A stretch of 64,000 nucleotides of DNA from Actinomycetota bacterium (GCA_046330185.1 JAXLTF010000013.1:16568-80567); one strand, 5' to 3'. Positions 27,134 through 36,265 are shown, counted from the first letter of the stretch. Notes: a model not told the origin generated them from the letters alone. A program made the numbers and translations.

Positions 27134-28107
27134 CGAACGTCTCGACGACGCCGGCGGGGGTCGACCCGGTCGCCCTGGCGAAGTCGGGGCCGGTCGGTCC
27201 GGCCCTGCTCGAGATCGGCGAGCGCCGCGCCGACGTCGTCGCCCTCTCCGCCGATGTGGCGGGCGTCACGGGGCTCACGCCGTTCTCCCAGGCCTTCCCG
27301 GACCGGTTCGTCAACGTCGGCATGGCCGAGGAGAACCTGATCGCCGTGGCGGTCGGGCTCTCGAAGGCGGGCTTCACGCCGGTCGCCACGACGTTCGCCG
27401 TGTTCGCGTCGCGCCGGGCGCTCGACCTGATCGCGATCCAGTGCGCGCTCAACCGAGCCAACGTCAAGATCGTCGCCGCCCTGCCGGGCATCTACTCGAC
27501 GTTCGGTCCCACGCATCAGGGGATCGACGATCTCGCCCACATGCGCGCGCTCCCCAACATGACCGTGATCGACCCCTGCGACAACGCCGAGATGGCCGAG
27601 GCTCTGGCGGCGACGGTCGAGCTCGAGGGACCGGTCTACCTGCGCCAGCTGCTCGGCCGCGAGACGGCCGACGTGGACCGGGCCGGTCACGCGTTCCGGA
27701 TCGGACCGGCGCAGCTGATCCGCGACGGCGGCGACGTCGGGATCGTGACGAGCGGCATCATGGTCCGGAGGTCGCTCGACGCCGCACGGGCGCTCGCGGA
27801 TCGCGGCATCGAGGCGGCGGTCCTGAAGGTCTCGACCCTCAAGCCGTTCGACGGCGAGGCCGTCCTCGAGCTGGCTCGCGGTGTCGGCTCGCTCGTCACC
27901 GCCGAGAACCACTCCGTGATCGGCGGCCTCTTCTCGGCCGTGTCCGAGGTGCTCGCGCGCGCCGGGACCGGCGTGCCGGTTCGACCCGTGGGCGTGCGAG
28001 ACGAGTTCTGCTCGTTCGGGTCCAACGCCTACGTGGCCGAGCGCCACGGGCTCACTGCCGACGCCGTCGTGAACGCGGTCGAGGACGCGATCCGGACGCG
28101 CGGGTAG
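27130..28107 (+). CDS. transketolase, C-terminal (pyrimidine-binding) subunit
   Basis: 'FPDRFVNVGMAEENLIAVAVGLS', 'GPTHQGIDDLAHMRALPNMTVIDPCD' and 'VTAENHSVIGGL'. The ATG overlaps the upstream stop (ATGA). Confidence 0.85.
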   Translation: MTNVSTTPAGVDPVALAKSGPVGPALLEIGERRADVVALSADVAGVTGLTPFSQAFPDRFVNVGMAEENLIAVAVGLSKAGFTPVATTFAVFASRRALDLIAIQCALNRANVKIVAALPGIYSTFGPTHQGIDDLAHMRALPNMTVIDPCDNAEMAEALAATVELEGPVYLRQLLGRETADVDRAGHAFRIGPAQLIRDGGDVGIVTSGIMVRRSLDAARALADRGIEAAVLKVSTLKPFDGEAVLELARGVGSLVTAENHSVIGGLFSAVSEVLARAGTGVPVRPVGVRDEFCSFGSNAYVAERHGLTADAVVNAVEDAIRTRG

Positions 28108-28121
28108 AACCCCGATCGGCC

Positions 28122-29114
28122 TCAGGCCCTGGCGACGACCGAGGCGACGATGGCGTCCGACCTTGGCAGGTACGCGTCCTCGAGCGGCGGGCTGAACGGC
28201 GTCGGGACGTCCGGGGAGGCCACCCTCCACAGCTCGTCCAGCTCACCCCAGCACGTCTCGACGATCGCCGCCATGACCTCCGACGCCCAACCGCCCGTCC
28301 GCGGACCCTCCTCGACCACGACCACCCGGCCGGTCTTCACGGCCGAAGCCGCGAGGGTCTCGGTGTCCATCGGACGGAGGCTCCGAAGATCGATCACCTC
28401 GGCGTCGACGCCGTGCTCCCGGAGCAGCACCTCGGCCGCCTCGAGCGCATCCCCCACGCCCCGCATCGCCGCGACGACCGTGAGATCTGCGCCGGACCGC
28501 GCGACGGATGCGCCGCCGAGGGGCATCTGCTCGTCGCTCCATCGAGGACCCTTCGACGAGTAGAGCATCTTGTGCTCCATGAAGACCACCGGGTGCTCGT
28601 CGAGGATGGCCGCCCGCAGCAGGCCGTACGCCGACGCCGGATCGCTCGGCGCCACGATCTTCAACCCCGGAACCCCGAGCAACCACGAAGCCGGCACCTG
28701 CGAGTGCATGGCCCCCATCCTCGCGCCGGCGCCGACGGCGCAACGGACGACCATCGGCACGGTGCCCTGTCCCGACGAGACGAACGCGTACTTGGCCGCC
28801 TGGTTGATCAGGGCGTCCAGCGCGAGCGGCAGGAAGTCCGCGAACATGATCTCGACGACCGGCCTGGAGCCGGTGACCGCGGCTCCGAAGCCCGCCCCAG
28901 CGAGCGCCATCTCCGAGATGGCCGTATCGATCACGCGACGCGCCCCGAACCGGTCGGCGAGACCCCTCGTGACCTGGAACACGCCCCCCGCCGCGCCGAC
29001 GTCCTCTCCCAGCAGGATCACCGCCGGGTCCTCCTCCATCGCGTCGCTCAGCGCGGCGTGGAGCGCCTCGCGAACCGAGACGAGCTCGCCCATCCCGCTC
29101 AGGGCCGCCCCCAC
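28122..29114 (-). CDS. ThDP-dependent 2-oxoacid/acetoin dehydrogenase E1 component, beta subunit
   Basis: 'DPAVILLGEDVG..GGVFQVTRGLADRFG..RVIDTAISE' and 'VVVVEEGPRTGGWASEV' match E1-beta. Confidence 0.85.
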   Translation of the reverse strand: MGAALSGMGELVSVREALHAALSDAMEEDPAVILLGEDVGAAGGVFQVTRGLADRFGARRVIDTAISEMALAGAGFGAAVTGSRPVVEIMFADFLPLALDALINQAAKYAFVSSGQGTVPMVVRCAVGAGARMGAMHSQVPASWLLGVPGLKIVAPSDPASAYGLLRAAILDEHPVVFMEHKMLYSSKGPRWSDEQMPLGGASVARSGADLTVVAAMRGVGDALEAAEVLLREHGVDAEVIDLRSLRPMDTETLAASAVKTGRVVVVEEGPRTGGWASEVMAAIVETCWGELDELWRVASPDVPTPFSPPLEDAYLPRSDAIVASVVARA

Positions 29115-30058
29115 GATCCGGGGGGCACGGGGTAGGGATCCTCGAAGGCCGCGCGGACGGCCTCATCGATCTCCGCCTGGACGCCCGCCTCGACCGCATC
29201 CAGCTCGCCCGCAACCGCACCCTCGTCGATGAGTCGAGCGCGTTCCTGCGCGACCGGATCTCGCGCGCGCCACGATGCCACCTCGTCGTCCGGCTGGACC
29301 GGGATCGGATCGGCCCGGCTGTGCGGCACGAACCGATAGGTCTCGGCCTCCACGAACGCGGGGGGACCGCCGGACCTGATGCGCCCGAGCAGCGTCGTCG
29401 CCAGCCCGCGGACCGCGCGCACATCCATGCCGTCCACCCGGTGCGTGTCGATGCCGAACGCCTCGGCGCGGGCGCGGATCGTCCCGGCCGTCACCACCCC
29501 CGTGCGCGTGTACTCGCTGTACAGGTTGTTCTCGCAGACGTACAGGACGGGCAGCGAAGCGGTCTTCGCCAGGTTGAGGCATTCCAGGAAGTACCCCTGG
29601 TTCACGGCGCCGTCCCCGAAGAACGCGATCGCCGCCGCGGAGCGATCCCGAAGGGAGATGGCCGCTCCCGTCGCGGCGGCGATGCTGCCCCCCACGATCC
29701 CGAACGACCCCAGCAGCCGATGCTGGCGCGCCACGATGTTCATCGAGCCCGCGAGGCCGCCGCAGACCCCCGTGCGTCGGCCGAGCATCTCGGCGACGAG
29801 TGCCCGCGGAGGCACGCCGCGCGCCAGAGCATGGCCGTGGCCCCGGAACGTGCACGCCACCCAGTCGTCGGGTCCCACGGCCACCCCCACACCGACGCTC
29901 ACCGCCTCCTGACCGGTGGCCAGGTGAACGGCCCCCTCCAGCCCCGCGGAGAGCTGGAGCCGGCGGATCTCCTCCTCGAAGCGGCGAGCCATCACGAGCC
30001 GATCGAACAGGTCGAGGGTGGGTTCCACGCGAACCGGCACGGGGTCGGATGGTAGCAT
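29099..30058 (-). CDS. ThDP-dependent 2-oxoacid/acetoin dehydrogenase E1 component, alpha subunit
   Basis: 'RRFEEEIRRLQ', 'TFRGHGHALARG' and 'AFFGDGAVNQGYFLECLNLAKTASLPVLYVCENNLYSEYT' (ThDP motif). It overlaps the beta-subunit gene by 16 nt. No E2 or E3 gene is in the window. Confidence 0.85.
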   Translation of the reverse strand: MLPSDPVPVRVEPTLDLFDRLVMARRFEEEIRRLQLSAGLEGAVHLATGQEAVSVGVGVAVGPDDWVACTFRGHGHALARGVPPRALVAEMLGRRTGVCGGLAGSMNIVARQHRLLGSFGIVGGSIAAATGAAISLRDRSAAAIAFFGDGAVNQGYFLECLNLAKTASLPVLYVCENNLYSEYTRTGVVTAGTIRARAEAFGIDTHRVDGMDVRAVRGLATTLLGRIRSGGPPAFVEAETYRFVPHSRADPIPVQPDDEVASWRARDPVAQERARLIDEGAVAGELDAVEAGVQAEIDEAVRAAFEDPYPVPPGSWGRP

Positions 30059-30068
30059 CCGCCTCAGG

Positions 30069-30084
30069 TCAGCAGGTTAGCTGA
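30069..30084. promoter_or_regulatory. operator-like palindrome TCAGCAGGTTAGCTGA (site 2) in the 45-bp divergent E1-alpha/VOC intergenic region
   Basis: Read directly. It contains GCAGGTTAGC, which matches GCAGGTTATC of sites 1 and 3 at 9 of 10 positions. The outer arms TCAGC/GCTGA are complementary. Confidence 0.5.
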
Positions 30085-30103
30085 AGAGTCTGGAGGGCGA
30101 ACC

Positions 30104-30571
30104 GTGGCACGGGTCACCGGCGTGGACCACTTCGGCGGCACGGTAAGCGACATCGACGCTTCGTTGCGCTTCTGGCGTGATCTGCTGGGGCTCGAGGTGG
30201 TCGGGCGAGGGGTCATCGAATGGGAGCACATCGACCGGCTCGTGGCACTGCGCGACACGAAGATCGAATGGGTGGAGCTCCGCGTGCCCGGGGGAACCGC
30301 CGTCGAGCTCATGCGGTATCACCGCCCGACGGGCGCCCCCGTGCCGGTCGGGCAGGAGAACGAACCGGGTCGCTCGCACCTGTCGTTGCTCGTCGACGAC
30401 CTAGTTGCGACGCTTGCCGAGCTGCGCGCCGCAGGCGTCCGGTCGCGCACGGAGGAGGCGGTGGCGATGGAGCGGGGAGCGTACACCGGAGGGAAGGGCG
30501 CATACGTCTTCGACCCCGACGGGATCCAGATCGAGCTCATCGAGCGCGCCAGGCCGGACGCCCGAGGCTGA
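30104..30571 (+). CDS. VOC-family (glyoxalase/bleomycin-resistance/dioxygenase) protein
   Basis: 'VDHFGGTVSDIDASLRFWRDLLGLEVV' ... 'SHLSLLVDDLVATLAELRAAGV' ... 'YVFDPDGIQIELIE' forms paired beta-alpha-beta-beta-beta modules. A GGAGGG ribosome-binding site precedes the GTG. Confidence 0.75.
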   Translation: MARVTGVDHFGGTVSDIDASLRFWRDLLGLEVVGRGVIEWEHIDRLVALRDTKIEWVELRVPGGTAVELMRYHRPTGAPVPVGQENEPGRSHLSLLVDDLVATLAELRAAGVRSRTEEAVAMERGAYTGGKGAYVFDPDGIQIELIERARPDARG

Positions 30572-30586
30572 GGAGGACGAGCCAGG

Positions 30587-31303
30587 ATGGAAGATCCTCC
30601 CCCGACCCTGAAGATCGGCCAGGCTCCTCGGCAGAAGCTCGCCGAGACCGTCGCCCAGCAGATCCTGTCGGCGGTCCACGATCTCCCCGCGGGAACGCGC
30701 CTGCCTTCCGAGCGCGAGCTGACCCAGCAGCTCGGCTGCGGCCGTTCGACGGTCAGGGAGGCGCTCAACGGGCTGGCGATGATCGGCGTGGTCGAGATCC
30801 GGCATGGCCAGGGCGTCTTCGTGACCGAGCCGCCGCCGATCCCGCTCGACGACGCCACCGGCGAGCCCAAGGTCATCACGCCCGAGCTGCGCGAGGCGCG
30901 CCGGATCGTCGAGGTCGAGCTGGCGCGCCTCGCGGCGGAACGACACACGCCCGAGGATCTCGCGGCGATGCAGGAGGTCCTCGACCGGCACCGCGCGCGC
31001 ATGACCGACCTCGAGCGGCCCGTCGTCGAGGCGTCCGAGTTCCACCTGCTCGTCGCCGATGCCGCGCGCAACCGCGTGCTGGCGGGCGTCGTGCGCCCCT
31101 TCTTCCGGCTCGCGTTCGAGCTGGGGCCGCAGCTCTACCAGACCACCGAGGGCTACGCGGCGTGGGAGCTCGACCAACACACGAGGATCCGCGAGGCGAT
31201 CGCGTCCGGCGACGGCGAGCTGGCCCGTCTGCGGATGCTGGAGCACGTCACGTCGATGGACCCGCACTACCGGGACGATCGTCCCAGCTCGAGCACCTCG
31301 TAG
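30587..31303 (+). CDS. GntR-family transcriptional regulator, FadR (FCD) subfamily
   Basis: The winged-HTH motif is 'LPSERELTQQLGCGRSTVREALNGLAMIGVVEIRHGQGVFV'. The all-helical C-terminal FCD-type domain contains 'EFHLLVADAARN' and 'HTRIREAIASGD'. Confidence 0.85.
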   Translation: MEDPPPTLKIGQAPRQKLAETVAQQILSAVHDLPAGTRLPSERELTQQLGCGRSTVREALNGLAMIGVVEIRHGQGVFVTEPPPIPLDDATGEPKVITPELREARRIVEVELARLAAERHTPEDLAAMQEVLDRHRARMTDLERPVVEASEFHLLVADAARNRVLAGVVRPFFRLAFELGPQLYQTTEGYAAWELDQHTRIREAIASGDGELARLRMLEHVTSMDPHYRDDRPSSSTS

Positions 31304-32949
31304 GCGCCCAGCGTTCGGTCCGCCTCGAGGATCCCACCGACACGGACGTGCTGCTCGTCCGCCGTCAGGTTGACCAGCACCGGGTCCTGCAACTCGGTGG
31401 CGATCACCCGGACTCGGCGCGGCGCCGAGGAGGCCACCGATCGCAGACGACCGCCGGCACGAGCGGTCAGCAGTCCGATCGCGCGCTCCAGCCCGGCCGA
31501 GCGAAGGACCGTGCGGTCCAGCGCCTCGTGGAACGTGATCGACGCCGCTCCCCCTTCGGCGAGCGCGGCGGCCGACCCGATCGTCCAGGCGGCGCCGAAC
31601 GGATCCAGGGACCGCTCGTCGATCGGGCCATCCCCCGAGGGACCGTGCGGCGCGAGGGTCACGGGCGACACGACCACCGGCACCCCGTCCCATCGCCGGC
31701 TGAGCTGTCGCACCACCTGCGTCTGGACCTCGAGGGTCTCCACCATCCTCACCGCGTCGACGTCGTGGACCTGCGGGGTGATCGCCAGGGCGAGCACGTC
31801 GAGTCCTCCGGGGTCGGGCACGCTGCGGTTCAGCTCCGAGAAGTGCGATGCCGTGCCGCCCCCCACGACGAGGCCATCGAGGGCGGCTCCCCGGACGCCG
31901 GAGACGAACGCTCCACCCGCGGCCTCGCCGTTCCTCCGCAGGATCAGCAGCCGCGCCACGGGAAGCCCTCGGAGCGCATCGAGCCGTCCCAGGGGATCCG
32001 GCCCGTCGTCATCGACCAGGAGGGCCACCTCGAGCGGCAGGCCGCAGTCCCCGACGGTCGGACGAACGTCCCGGGCCGCCCCCGGGCCGTCCAGGACCAG
32101 CCGCAGGTGGCCGGGGTCGAGCGCGCGCACGCGCTCGGGATCGGACGGCCCTGTCGGCGCCGACAGCCCGACCGTTGGCGCGGTGCCGGCGGCGACGGGA
32201 CCGATCGTCACGGTCACCGCCGACCGGTCGCCCTCATCCTCCTCGACATCCGCGGGCGGCGGCCCGGCCACCCGGAGGCTCAGCCGTTGCCGGCATCGCT
32301 CCCCACGACGGATCGTCCGGGGAGCGGACGCCTCCAGCGGGGTCGGGTACGTCTTGAAGGAGGCGTCCGTCCAGTTCCGTTGATCCTCCAGCTCGAAGCC
32401 GCGAGGCTCTCCCTCGAACGAGAAGGTGGCCTCCACCCCCGATCCGGGGAACGTCACCTCCAGGCGGGTGAACGCCGGGATCAGGGCCCGGTAGTGGCCC
32501 TGCACGAGCGGCTGCGGGGCGATCGCCTCTTCGAAGACGCCGTTCGTCGCCGGTCCCACCCCCGAGGCCGTGAAGCGCGCCCCGACGTACGCCTCCCACG
32601 GGTGGAGCACGCACACGCCGATCCGGCGGGCGACGAAGTCCTCGAGGGCCTCGCCCTCCATCTCGCACTCGACCGACCCTGCCCCCATCCGCACGGCTAG
32701 CCGGCAGAGGAACCGGTCCCCGCCGAACACCGATGCGATCCGGAGCTCGGCGGTGCTCCCCGATCCGGCGTCGTCCACCTGGACGATGCGCTGGCCGAGG
32801 GTCCCCCAGCCCTCGTCGCGCACGGTGACATGGATCGACGAGGCGATCGGCTGGGACCCCCAACGCACGTCGGTCAGGGCCGTGCCCAGCCGTTCCGCCG
32901 AGAACCCGCCCGCCCTCACGGGGTGCCGTGCCGAGCGAGCACGCTCCAC
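31267..32949 (-). CDS. hypothetical protein, 560 aa, no family recognised
   Basis: A long ORF with ordinary composition, overlapping the upstream PLP-enzyme gene by 34 nt (probably one operon). Notable strings are 'FELEDQRNWTDASFKTYPTPL', 'GGGTASHFSELNR' and 'ITPQVHDVDAVRMVETLEVQ'. The exact start is uncertain. Confidence 0.55.
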   Translation of the reverse strand: MERARSARHPVRAGGFSAERLGTALTDVRWGSQPIASSIHVTVRDEGWGTLGQRIVQVDDAGSGSTAELRIASVFGGDRFLCRLAVRMGAGSVECEMEGEALEDFVARRIGVCVLHPWEAYVGARFTASGVGPATNGVFEEAIAPQPLVQGHYRALIPAFTRLEVTFPGSGVEATFSFEGEPRGFELEDQRNWTDASFKTYPTPLEASAPRTIRRGERCRQRLSLRVAGPPPADVEEDEGDRSAVTVTIGPVAAGTAPTVGLSAPTGPSDPERVRALDPGHLRLVLDGPGAARDVRPTVGDCGLPLEVALLVDDDGPDPLGRLDALRGLPVARLLILRRNGEAAGGAFVSGVRGAALDGLVVGGGTASHFSELNRSVPDPGGLDVLALAITPQVHDVDAVRMVETLEVQTQVVRQLSRRWDGVPVVVSPVTLAPHGPSGDGPIDERSLDPFGAAWTIGSAAALAEGGAASITFHEALDRTVLRSAGLERAIGLLTARAGGRLRSVASSAPRRVRVIATELQDPVLVNLTADEQHVRVGGILEADRTLGAYEVLELGRSSR

Positions 32950-34037
32950 ACGTCCACGATCCGGTCCGCATCCACGACGATGTAGCTCCCGAACAGGTTG
33001 ACGGTGGTCGGGGCGTATCCGGGAACCATGCGCAGCCGGTCACCGATCGAGTAGGGGGCGCCGCCCGCGAACCACAGCCCGACGTGCTCCTCGTTCACGA
33101 AGGCGACCTCCGCTCCCGGCGGGGGGGCGATCGGGCGCAGGCCGACGTCGATCGACTTGCGGCCGGCGTCCACCACGAGCAACCCGCCGTGGCGACTGAG
33201 GACTGTGGTGACTACCTCGAGCGCGAACCCGAAGCCCTCGACCACGGGCGCGTGGAACCCGTCCATCAGGACGTACGAACCCGCCTGGACCTCGGTCACC
33301 ACGGGCCAGGCGCCGGTGATCTCGAACGTGCCCGTCGCGCCGGCGGACACGACGTCGACCGTGAGACCTGCGCCGCGGCAGGCCCCGACCGCCGCCGACA
33401 GCCGTTCCATGCTCGCGTTCACGCCCGACGTCCGTATCGCCGGATCGGGTTCGCTCGCGCAGTGGCCCTCGTACCCGTAGAGGCCCTCGAAGCGGACGCC
33501 GGCGGTGCTCGCCGCTCGTCGCGCCAGCTCGACCACCGCATCGTCCGACCGCGCCCCGCCCCGACCGAGCCCCACGTCGACCTCCACCAGGACGCCGATC
33601 TCGAGGCGGCGGCCGCGGGCGAGCTCTCCCCATGACGCGAGGTTGTCGAGGTCATCGACGGCGACGCAGACCCGTGCCCGCTCCGCAGCGGCGAGTAGCT
33701 CCACCATCGAGGGGGGGCTCACGACCTCGTTCGCCACGAACACGTCCCCGATGCCCGCCTCGATCATGGCCGTGGCCTCGCGGACGGTCGCGGCGGTAAC
33801 GCCGATCGCGCCCGCCTCGACCTGCATGCGGGCCACCTCGGCGCACTTGTGGGCCTTGATGTGCGGACGGAGATCGGCGGGGAGCGAGGCGATCCGCTCC
33901 GCCATCGTGGCAACGTTGCCGCGCACGACCCCCAGGTCGAGGACCAGCGCGGGGGTGGTGATCTCGTCCATCCACCGGCCGGACGGCCCCGGCCGAGGAT
34001 CTCCCGGCGGTCGAGCGGCTCCAGCGGCGGACGCCAT
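32916..34037 (-). CDS. PLP-dependent D-threonine-aldolase/D-serine-dehydratase-like enzyme (alanine-racemase-N fold, DSD1/D-TA family)
   Basis: 'TPALVLDLGVVRGNVATMAERI...LRPHIKAHKCAEVARMQVEAGAIGVTAATVREA' (the PLP lysine in 'HIKAHK') and the C-terminal 'VGDRLRMVPGYAPTTVNL' are typical of the family. Confidence 0.75.
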   Translation of the reverse strand: MASAAGAARPPGDPRPGPSGRWMDEITTPALVLDLGVVRGNVATMAERIASLPADLRPHIKAHKCAEVARMQVEAGAIGVTAATVREATAMIEAGIGDVFVANEVVSPPSMVELLAAAERARVCVAVDDLDNLASWGELARGRRLEIGVLVEVDVGLGRGGARSDDAVVELARRAASTAGVRFEGLYGYEGHCASEPDPAIRTSGVNASMERLSAAVGACRGAGLTVDVVSAGATGTFEITGAWPVVTEVQAGSYVLMDGFHAPVVEGFGFALEVVTTVLSRHGGLLVVDAGRKSIDVGLRPIAPPPGAEVAFVNEEHVGLWFAGGAPYSIGDRLRMVPGYAPTTVNLFGSYIVVDADRIVDVWSVLARHGTP

Positions 34038-34050
34038 CCCGGGCCGCCGG

Positions 34051-34794
34051 CTACAGCTCCGGCCCGACGGGGGTGATCATCAGCTCGCTGACCGCCACCC
34101 CGGCGGGCTGGGCGAGGGCGAACCCGACCGCCCTTGCCACGTCGTCGACGCTGAGCGCCGCGAACCGCTCCAGCTCGCCGAGGCCTTCGTCGGTCTCGTG
34201 AAGGAGCGGGGTGTCGACCATCCCGGGTTCGATCATCGTCACGCGGACGTCGTGCGGAAGGGCCTCCTTCCGCAGCGCCCAGCCGAGTCCCACGACCCCC
34301 CACTTGGTCGCGATGTAGACGGGCTCGCCCACCCAGGTCTGCCGGCCGGCGATCGACGCCATCAGGACGATCTGCCCGCTGCGCCGCGCCTTCATGTGCG
34401 GGAACACGGCCCGCACGGTGTGCAGCACCCCCAGCAGGTTCGTCTCGACGACCCGACGCCACAGCTCGGGGTCGCCCTCGTCCAGCGACGAGTAGCTCCC
34501 GATCCCCGCGTTGGCCACCGTGAAGTCGATCACGCCGAACGCGCGCAGGCATGCGTCGGCCAGATCCCGCACGCTCGGCCACTCGCGAACGTCGGTGACG
34601 CAGGTCTCCACCTCGCCGCCCGCGTCCCGCAGGCGAGCCGCGGTGGCCGACAGACGTCCCGGCTCCGAATCCGAGAGCATCACCCGTGCGCCGTGGGCGG
34701 CCAGGAGCGCGGCGCAGGCCTCGCCGATCCCTCGCCCGGCGCCGGTCACGATCCCGGCCTTCCCGCTCAGGGCCCCGAAGCCGTCCTCGGCCAT
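34051..34794 (-). CDS. short-chain dehydrogenase/reductase (SDR)
   Basis: The ATG at 34794 follows a GGAGGGTGGAGG ribosome-binding site. Motifs are 'GKAGIVTGAGRGIGEA' (TGxxxGxG), 'NAGIG' and 'YIATKWGVVGL' (YxxxK). Confidence 0.85.
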   Translation of the reverse strand: MAEDGFGALSGKAGIVTGAGRGIGEACAALLAAHGARVMLSDSEPGRLSATAARLRDAGGEVETCVTDVREWPSVRDLADACLRAFGVIDFTVANAGIGSYSSLDEGDPELWRRVVETNLLGVLHTVRAVFPHMKARRSGQIVLMASIAGRQTWVGEPVYIATKWGVVGLGWALRKEALPHDVRVTMIEPGMVDTPLLHETDEGLGELERFAALSVDDVARAVGFALAQPAGVAVSELMITPVGPEL

Positions 34795-34817
34795 CCTCCA
34801 CCCTCCGTAGATGTATG

Positions 34818-34847
34818 GTGAGCAGGCCAGATGATAACAGTGGGCTC
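34818..34847. promoter_or_regulatory. operator-like element (site 4) in the divergent SDR / GS-like promoter region
   Basis: GTGAGCAGG (34818-34826) is identical to the left half-site of site 1. GATAAC at 34833-34838 gives GTTATCAT on the minus strand, as in site 3. On the minus strand TATCAT lies ~37 nt upstream of the SDR ATG. Confidence 0.45.
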
Positions 34848-34908
34848 GGAGCGGCGGAACCCGGGATCCGGGTGGTATCCTCCGGCCCCGTTCAAGGGGG
34901 ATGGAGCG

Positions 34909-36207
34909 GTGGAGCTGGCGGACACGGAACGGGTCCTGACCTCGGTAGATACGGTCGAATGCTGCTTCCCGGACACCTGGGGCATCTTCGTGGGCCGCCG
35001 GATGCCGACCGAGGCGTTCCGCCGCGCGATCGAGCGGGGCCTGAGCATGCCGAACGCACCCTTCGCCTGGAACGTGCTCGGCGACATCGACGCCACCCCG
35101 TTCGCGAGCGCCGACACGGGCTTCCCGAACATCCACGTCGCCCCCGACCTCACGACCCTACGCCTGGCACCGTGGGCCGACCGCACGGCGTTCTGCCTCA
35201 TGGACACGTTCGTGGCGCCCGAGGGCGACCCCAACCCCATGGACTCCCGCGGCATCCTGCGCAGGGCCGTCGGGGCACTGTCCGCCCAGGGTTACGAGGC
35301 ATGGACGGCCCCGGAGCTCGAGTTCTACCTGTGCACCGAGCTCGAGCGGCCCGCGTTCGACGACCACCGATGCTGGTCCATGACGCGCGGGGCGGAGTTC
35401 GAGCCCGTGCTGGGCGAGATCAGGGCCACCCTCCTCGCCGCGGGCGTGCCGGTCGAATCGAGCCAGACCGAGGGCGGACCTGGCCAGTTCGAGATCAACG
35501 TGTCGCCGTCCGCGCCCATCCAGGCCGCCGATCACGCCGCGATCCTCAGGTACGTCGTCAAGCTGATCGCGCGGCGCCACGGCCTGCTGGCCACCTTCAT
35601 GCCGATGCCGTTCAACGACGCGGAGGGCAGCGGCCTGCATATCCATAACAGCCTGCGTCACACCGATCTTCAGGAGAACGTCTTCGCCGTCGACGACGGA
35701 GTGTTCCGGGCCTACCTCGCGGGCACGCTCGCCCACATGATCGACACGACCGCGGTGAACCTCCCCAACGTCAACGCCTACCGCCGCCTGCGCGACTACA
35801 CGTTCGCGCCGAACCGCGTCTGCTGGGGCCAGGACAACCGGACGGTCGCCATCCGGATCCCGTCGGGCGACCCGGACGCTCGCCGGCTGGAGATCCGCAC
35901 GGCCTCCGCGGATGCCAACCCCTACCTCGTACTCGCCGGCATCGTCGCCGCCGGGTCCGACGGGGTCGCCCGGTCGCTCGACCCTCCGCCCCCCGTCGAG
36001 GGCGACGCCTACCTGGACGGTGAGCTCGAGCGGGTCCCGGCGACGCTGGAGGCGGCCCTCGACGCCTTCGCCGGGTCGGCCTTCTGCAAGGAGGTCTTCG
36101 GGGAGGTGTTCGTCGAGACGTTCACGCTGCTCGGCCGGCGCGAGGCCGCCGCCTTCGCCGCCCACGTGACGGACTGGGAGCGCGATCGCTACCTGGAACC
36201 GTCCTGA
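34909..36207 (+). CDS. glutamine-synthetase-family gamma-glutamyl-amine ligase (PuuA/GlnA3-4-like)
   Basis: 'GPGQFEINVSPSAPIQAADHAAILRYVVKLIARRHGLLATFMPMPFNDAEGSGLHIHNSL' and 'NRTVAIRIPSGDPDARRLEIRTASADANPYLVLAGIV' match the GS catalytic domain. A GTG at 34909 follows an AAGGGGGA ribosome-binding site. The track ORF begins at 34831. Confidence 0.8.
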   Translation: MELADTERVLTSVDTVECCFPDTWGIFVGRRMPTEAFRRAIERGLSMPNAPFAWNVLGDIDATPFASADTGFPNIHVAPDLTTLRLAPWADRTAFCLMDTFVAPEGDPNPMDSRGILRRAVGALSAQGYEAWTAPELEFYLCTELERPAFDDHRCWSMTRGAEFEPVLGEIRATLLAAGVPVESSQTEGGPGQFEINVSPSAPIQAADHAAILRYVVKLIARRHGLLATFMPMPFNDAEGSGLHIHNSLRHTDLQENVFAVDDGVFRAYLAGTLAHMIDTTAVNLPNVNAYRRLRDYTFAPNRVCWGQDNRTVAIRIPSGDPDARRLEIRTASADANPYLVLAGIVAAGSDGVARSLDPPPPVEGDAYLDGELERVPATLEAALDAFAGSAFCKEVFGEVFVETFTLLGRREAAAFAAHVTDWERDRYLEPS

Positions 36208-36230
36208 GCGGCCGAGGCGCCCGTATCCAT

Positions 36231-36260
36231 AGGAAGACCGTCTCGAGGAAGACCGTCTCG
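36231..36260. repeat. perfect 15-bp tandem direct repeat (aggaagaccgtctcg x2), each unit containing the palindrome AGAC-c-GTCT
   Basis: Read directly at 36231-36245 and 36246-36260. The repeat ends 5 nt upstream of the TTGACG hexamer at 36266. Confidence 0.85.
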
Positions 36261-36265
36261 CTGCG

